In this document: piece after piece, positions 38,218-44,618 of the stretch
Numbering within the stretch: position 1 is the first letter of the stretch
How the letters are laid out: each line of letters starts with the position of its first letter
NCBI RefSeq assembly: GCF_001194135.2
Contig: NC_068981.1
Coordinates: 41,962,034 to 42,006,651 of the forward strand
Reading direction: 5' to 3'
From: Octopus bimaculoides
Taxonomy: Eukaryota
Length of the DNA stretch: 44,618 nt
Notes under the pieces: model-generated
Told to the model about the DNA's origin: nothing
The model's input: the letters and a program-made list of their open reading frames with translations, nothing else
Database searches by the model: none
Position numbers and translations under genes: made by a program

Positions 38218-39478
38218 TGTATGCATGTATGTAAATATGTATGTGTGTACGTATGTGTGAATATATTTTCCGTCTCCCACTGATTTTATTATGAAAAAAA
38301 AACAAAATATTCAACATTTTACTAGCGGTGAATGCTGCTGCTATTTTGTTTTTTATTTTGATATCGATATTCGCTTTGTGGCTTTCGGTGAATATATTAT
38401 CATGACTGCACACCTCAAAATGAATAAACAAAACTAGTATAGAAAGTAAAAACAAAAATTTCAAAAACTCAAGCAAAAATACAACCTCAACAATAAAACC
38501 CCCGACTGTAACAGACACGAAAACGATATTTAATTTTTTAATACAATCTGTCATAACAGGATATATGTAATAGTTACTGTACAATTGTCCGATGCAGTTA
38601 ATCTATCTCTCTGACGACAGTGTTATTATATTACTAAGATATATAATTCCTATCAATAGGTTATAATCAGTACTTCGGTTTATATATTTATTTCTAGATA
38701 TCCAACAGCTGAAGTTCATGATTCTGGCTATGAATTCGTATGGTACTGAAGTACAAGGGTTTCAATCTTTTATGTATACGTTATACAATGAAAAGTGTTG
38801 ATTCCTGATACTCGTATACTATGTTAATTTATAATTGTTTTTTTAATGATTTAATCAGAGGGAAGGGGCAGTGAATGCTTATAACTTTCAGAGTCTTCTC
38901 TCCATCGATATTGGTGAGACTGTTTCACCTGATGTTCCTCTTCAACATATTCAAGTGAATGTAAAAAAAAAAAAACCAAATAAAAAGAGACAAACAAGAA
39001 CAACAAAAACAAAACAAAAAACACCTGAGTGGGAATGGAATTACAGATGTCTAAATGATGTTATGGGATGAAGAATTATTGGGTTGTTTAGTATGGAGTC
39101 TGGATGAGTGAAGATATGGTATGAATGACAAAGGGAAAAGAGATGGATGAAGTGGATGGGATTAGGCACAGTCGTGTGCAACTAGTTAGGTTTGAAGAAC
39201 AACTGTTGTTGAAGTAACGATAGAAAATGCAGGGTGAAGGAACAGTAATTCTGTGGCTTAGAAATTCAGCGCTTGAACAGCCATTTCAGTATATTTAGAA
39301 GTTGAAATCTCTGACTATAGTAATGTGGGAACTAAAACCACCGCTGTTTAAATTTACGCCTAGTATTTAGTGATTTCTTCTATTTATTTGTTTTATTCCC
39401 TATAATAAATTCAGTTTAGAGAAAAGAGAGAGAGAGGGAAAGAGTGTGAAGGTATGAGTCAATAATAGGATGTGTATA

Positions 39479-39536
<58 letters not shown>

Positions 39537-39560
39537 TGTGTGTGCGTTTGTGCTTGTGTA

Positions 39561-39608
<48 letters not shown>

Positions 39609-41733
39609 TGTGTTTGTGTGTGTGTGTGTGTGTGTGTGCATTGTGTTCCCAATTTCCAGTCGAGCTATTTCCCCTTGTCTGATTGGTTTAGTCTTGAAAA
39701 AGTAATTAAAAAAAAAGACTTTCATATTGATCAAAGCCACCACCGTGTATTACAAGACATTTTCAGTTCATTCATTCCGAACCAGTTTGTAAGAAAAATG
39801 GACAGAGCTAATCCTGTCGCTCCAGATTAGCAAAGAACAAGAATGAATAATTACAATTGTGGTTTGAAATGAATTTGATGAAGTCAACTGTCAATTAGAT
39901 AATTAGTTTCTGTTAACTGTTAATTCGTACAATATTCATATAGAGTTATTTTGCAATGTTTTATTTTTAGTTTGCGAACAGAGCTTTTGTGTTATATCTC
40001 AAGGGTTAAACTGTACACACACACACACACACACACAGACACACACACACAGACACACACACACAGACACACACNNNNNNNNNNTATGTAATCGTTACCA
40101 ATATAGCAGGAGATTTCACCGCAAAAAATCTAAATTAGACTCCTTAGGGATCGTTCTCCTTGTTTATATATATATATATATACTTATATGTTTAGAGTCA
40201 ATATGTAAACGTTATATTTTCCTTTAGAAGAGACATTTTTGTAGCAATGTAATTGCTTCTTCTCAGTACTAAAGAATTACCATTTGGAAATCCGTTGCAG
40301 TTTTGTAGCTGTATCTTTGTAGTTGTACCTTTGTAACAATTTCATTTTTAATGAACTGTACCTTTATCCTATAAAATGTGGTTCAGATTAGAAAACCAAA
40401 TTAGATTTATATAAAAGCACCTTTCTTTACCTCACCAGTTGTTTTACAACATATATTTTACTAGCTTTTTCAATTTAGTTCGGATGAAATGTAGGTAAAC
40501 AATAAGTTGTATGTTGCCGTTTAAGGTCACGTGCGTTCATCTATACCAAAATAGATTATTAGTTTCCAGTACACTTTTAAAATTAAAGTCCCAAAGACAT
40601 TAAAAAAATTCTCGACATAATTACTTTTAAGCTTAAAATACTTCAGCATGTTAAATATATTTTAAAGAATTCTAATCATTTAGTTTATAAAAATAGAGAA
40701 AAATGCGGAGTAATGCTATTGAGAATATGTTTTTACTTTCATTTAATTTGGCAAAATACATGAACGTGTTGTATAGAAAGTATCAAGGCAGAAGGTAAGA
40801 AGAATACAGTTTAAATGGTAAAGAGTTAGCGAATACTTTCAGTCTTTGAGACGTTGTGTTGATTTTAATTTAACTCTTATACACTGCATAGTAATTACTT
40901 GGGAAATGTCTGTTTCAATATTTTAAGTAGGGCAGTTGGCTATAAATAACAAGAACCTGGAACCGTGCCTACCGAATCTAGTGTTCTGCTGGTATGGCAA
41001 ACTTGTATACTCATTTAGTGCCAGTCTCTACTTTTGATTCTCACCAACTACTATAAATTGTATGAACTGCAACAAACGACCTAAAGGTTGGAAGAATAAT
41101 TAGACGTGACACTATGAACTTCGTCTAACAGCGTAGTTCTTACTTTTGAATTTCTTGTTAAGATTAGGAAATAACTTTTTTTTTCTTTTTCATAGTTATT
41201 GTTAAGAATCTTGTTACACTTCGAATTTCTTTCCGACTGGTAATCAAAAGAACTGAGTGTTTGATATTGCTTTTCTAATTTAAAAAAAAAAATAGAAGAA
41301 AAAATATTGATTTGCTAAATTTTTGTTTGCTATTTACAGATTAAAGATATTTCCTGAAATTTTTAAAATAACAATTTCTATTATTCATCTTTATCCGGCG
41401 CAGGAAATATTTTCTCATGGAACAAAATTATTACAATGTAAAACATTTCTATACAAAATATAACAGCCTCTTTAACCACCTTGAGACGATGGTGACTCTT
41501 ACAGTAATTGTTGCTCAGTATTGATATCATATATTGGCACAAAGATACACAGTTGTCGTCCTTATTCACGACAGTGTAGTGCTGCTATTTATTCTAGCAA
41601 ATGCAGCAGACACTACGTGTTTGCTCAGCATGCTGGATATAGCGACTAAATCTTTCTCAAAGCTACCCTTCTCACTGTCACAAAAACTGAATCACACATT
41701 AAATTATGTAATTATCTGTTGTCTCTCACTTAC

Positions 41734-41820
41734 CAGAAGCTTATTAGGCCAGAAAATTTCTTCGTTTCCATCACAGAAATACAACCTCACCCACCTGCTG
41801 TTATTAGCTCTTATTTTCAG
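41734..41820 (-). CDS. Candidate phase-0 internal exon LKIRANNSRWVRLYFCDGNEEIFWPNKLL
   Basis: Pyrimidine-rich acceptor (TTTCATGTTATTCCAGTCCACACAG|), consensus donor CTG|GTAAGT, 87 nt open. No homology recognised. Confidence 0.25.
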
Positions 41821-43399
41821 CTGTGTGGACTGGAATAACATGAAAGCAAATGTTTTGCTCAAAAACACAACGTACTGGTCTGTTTGGAAGGAAAAAACCC
41901 ATCACCTTGTGGTCGTGAATTCGATATCCCCTATCCCCTATCCATGCTCCTTTACGTGCAAGTATTTGAACTGAGGACATAAAAGACCGTAACTAAATGC
42001 CACAAAGCACTCTATACTGTTTTTACTTGTGTACCAGATATAGTTTCAACATTGATGGTGTTTGAAGTGGCTTTGCATCAATATCAACAATTCAAGTGGT
42101 CCCGTTTTCGGTAATATCAAATCGCTTTACAATGGTTCAGTAACTTTTACAGAAATGCACCATAGTATTTTTGACAAATGCGTCAGAACTTTTGTGGAAG
42201 GGAGAAGTTGACATAAGTATTTGACTGTTGACTATTACTTGTTTCATTTTATCGACCCTGAAATGCGAAGCTGATCTCGGTGTGGTTCGAAGCTGGTAAC
42301 ATTTTATATGGCGCTCTACAGGTTCTGTCAGTCTAATTGTGGTTTTCCCTTTAATCGTTTCTGTCCTTTGCGCCATCGTCGAACTACTCCTGGTGAATTC
42401 CATGACAAAGCACTATGTGATTGTCATAGTATTTTCATAGGAGAGCACAAAATTAGCTTTCAGTTGCCCTTACTTTATGTTGGCTACAGTTAATTCTGAG
42501 TGACCGTAAGATTGAAAAGCAAAGCTGACTTCAGCAGGATTTGAACTCAGAGCGCAAAGAGTGCAATTAAATACGGCAAGATATTTAAATAACCCTCTAA
42601 CACTGCTTCAAGTTAACTGACAATTTTGTTTATAACACAGCATTACTATTCTTAATGTACAATAATGTTTCTTTACTACAATTGTTATTAAAGTCTAAAT
42701 AATTACAAATGAAAAAGAGATTAAAATTTCAATCGAAATCGCTCAGTCGAGTTTGAAGGAAGGAATATTAATTTTCATTTCTGACAAGAGAAAGATCTAG
42801 GTCTGTCTGAATGGCTTAAATGAGGACGTATATAAACGACATAAACCTCATTATTGAAGCAGAACTAAATATACACATATATATATATATATAAAAAAAA
42901 AGAAATCTTGGCGAGAACGTCTTAGTAATCTTCTGGACTGTAATAGACTGATTTAACAGCAACATTGGAAACTTTCTGGATATGATAAAAGTTTCTGAAA
43001 GATATATATTTGCGAGAGATTACATAGCTTTTATTTTGAGAATTCTGCACTTGATGTAACGCTCATATTTATTGAAGTGTTTTTACCTTAATGAGAAAAG
43101 TTGGAGAGTGAAAGCGCTTTTCTTTACCACTTTATTTTATTAAATAGAATGCAATATAGCTTATCGATTTGTGAGGGTGGAAACCTAATTCATTTTTATA
43201 TAACCACTGTCCATCAGTTGTGGTATTGAAATATGTTCTTAACTGAGTAAAAAATTGTTATTGTACAAATATAATATAACGTAATAAATATAATATGATA
43301 TATAATATATAACAAAATACCAAATCAAATAATATGATAATGGAACTTGTGTTGCTTTCGATGAAGTGTGTTCTAGTTATTCGATCGACAGAAGTGCCA

Positions 43400-43635
43400 G
43401 ATCCGTTGTATTTTTGTATAAGTTGTGAGTATTCCATAGATAGTTGTGCAATTGATATAAACCTGAGGCGAACTCGGCGTGGAATTATAATTGCAGACGT
43501 GATCCATCGTATGATCTTACACATGGTTTCCTTTCAAACAATTTCAATCACAATGTTTTTGTTCAGCCGAGGCTATGGTAAAAAGATACAGGCACAAAGT
43601 GCCCTACTGTGGAATCGTACCCGGGGCTTCATGAT
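43400..43635 (-). mobile_element. Old diverged SINE copy (family of 29393-29705)
   Basis: The minus strand CCGGGTACGATTCCACAGTAGGGCACTTTGTGCCTGTATCTTTTTACCATAGCCTCGGCTGAACAAAAAC aligns with GGGTTCAGTCC...GTGGCAC...CTATAGC.TCGGGCCGACCAAAGCC. Confidence 0.6.
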
Positions 43636-44439
43636 TGTAAAATGAACTTTTTAACCAAACAGGAATGGTTATGCACCAAAACAATCTCTCTGTCTGTCTG
43701 TCTGTCTGTACCCTCTTCTCTCTCTCTCTCCCTCTCTCTCTTTTTTACATACATTCAACATACAGCAAATATAGTGCGTATGTGGCTTTTTTTAAGCACG
43801 TGGTATTGAAAACATGATTTTTATTGAGTTTTAATATTTTATTCAGGTTTTTCACTATTTATTTATTAGTCTTTTATTTTCTATTAAAAATAATAAATTA
43901 CATTAAAACAATAAAGTCCGGTTTTATCTTCTTTATTTAAATAATCGTAGTAGTTTTATCAGTGAAGTTTCTTTAATATTTTTTATTCGAACTCAATTTT
44001 ATCTCTTTTTCCTTCCTTCGCTATCACCAGATTAAAAATTTTTAATTGTTCAGGTCAGGTTTTTTCAGAAACCAGGAAGGAAATTGTTTGGTTGAGGTGT
44101 CTGGTGTATTGTTATAAATATACACTCCATAACTAATCATCTTGTTTTCAGTTATATTCCACTAAAAAGACAATTGCATTATCGACTAGAACACTGCCGA
44201 GTTGTTGTTGTTGTTGTTAGTGTTGTTTATCTCAGGTCAGGCATTGTGGAACAGATCTTTATTCGAAGGCTTTCTATCTCGGAACACCCAGTCTTTTCAG
44301 ATATAATTAATCTTAGACTGGTTGATTACTCTAGAAGATTAGGCAGGCATGTTGAGGTAAGGTTGCCTCGCTTTCTTCAGCTGAGATTTGTTTATGCTGC
44401 GTCTGAGGAAATAGGCAATGATTCATTGTCTCCTCTCTC

Positions 44440-44560
44440 TCTCTTCGTTTTTCTCTCTCCTTCTTATTTTCTCTCTCTCTTCTTATTTTCTCTCTCTCTT
44501 CTTATTTTCTCTCTCTCTCTCTTCTTATTTTCTCTCTCTCTCTCTTCTTATTTTCTCTCT
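44440..44560. repeat. Pyrimidine minisatellite TTCTTATTTT(CT)n, about 5 units
   Basis: Direct reading. Confidence 0.9.
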
Positions 44561-44565
44561 ATATA

Positions 44566-44598
<33 letters not shown>

Positions 44599-44618
44599 GT
44601 GTTTCTGTCTGTGTGTGT

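Noticed and set aside
38291-38387. Hydrophobic stretch IFNILLAVNAAAILFFILISIFALWLS that would follow ATG if the A9 run were A8
   Set aside because: It requires assuming a sequencing error, and T-rich DNA readily gives hydrophobic frames.
42137-42493. 88-aa (-) and 61-aa (+) ORFs
   Set aside because: They contain a SINE core (TTTTATCGACCCTGAA...) and show no recognisable domain.
43258-43645. Overlapping 103-aa (+) and 88-aa (-) ORFs
   Set aside because: They largely overlap an old SINE copy.

Overview
AT-rich, microsatellite-saturated animal genomic DNA from a fragmented draft assembly, with 7 large and 5 small N-gaps, most of them starting or ending in simple repeats. The SINE-like repeats and repeat landscape look like Octopus (recalled from memory, not searched). 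Most of the window is intronic or intergenic and nearly all track ORFs are microsatellite or N artefacts. Well-supported features: a decayed Penelope-like retroelement (RT-thumb plus GIY-YIG, ~17670-19110, minus); two decayed copies of an RLE-type (R4/Dong-like) LINE in opposite orientations, both starting in (CATA)n arrays; a Tc1/mariner MITE; several SINE families; and a ~185-bp inverted-repeat pair. One credible host coding exon (1803-2213, +) encodes an unrecognised small single-pass membrane protein. A few other exons are tentative. No rRNA, tRNA gene, CRISPR or prokaryotic feature is seen, and no complete novel system can be demonstrated from sequence alone.
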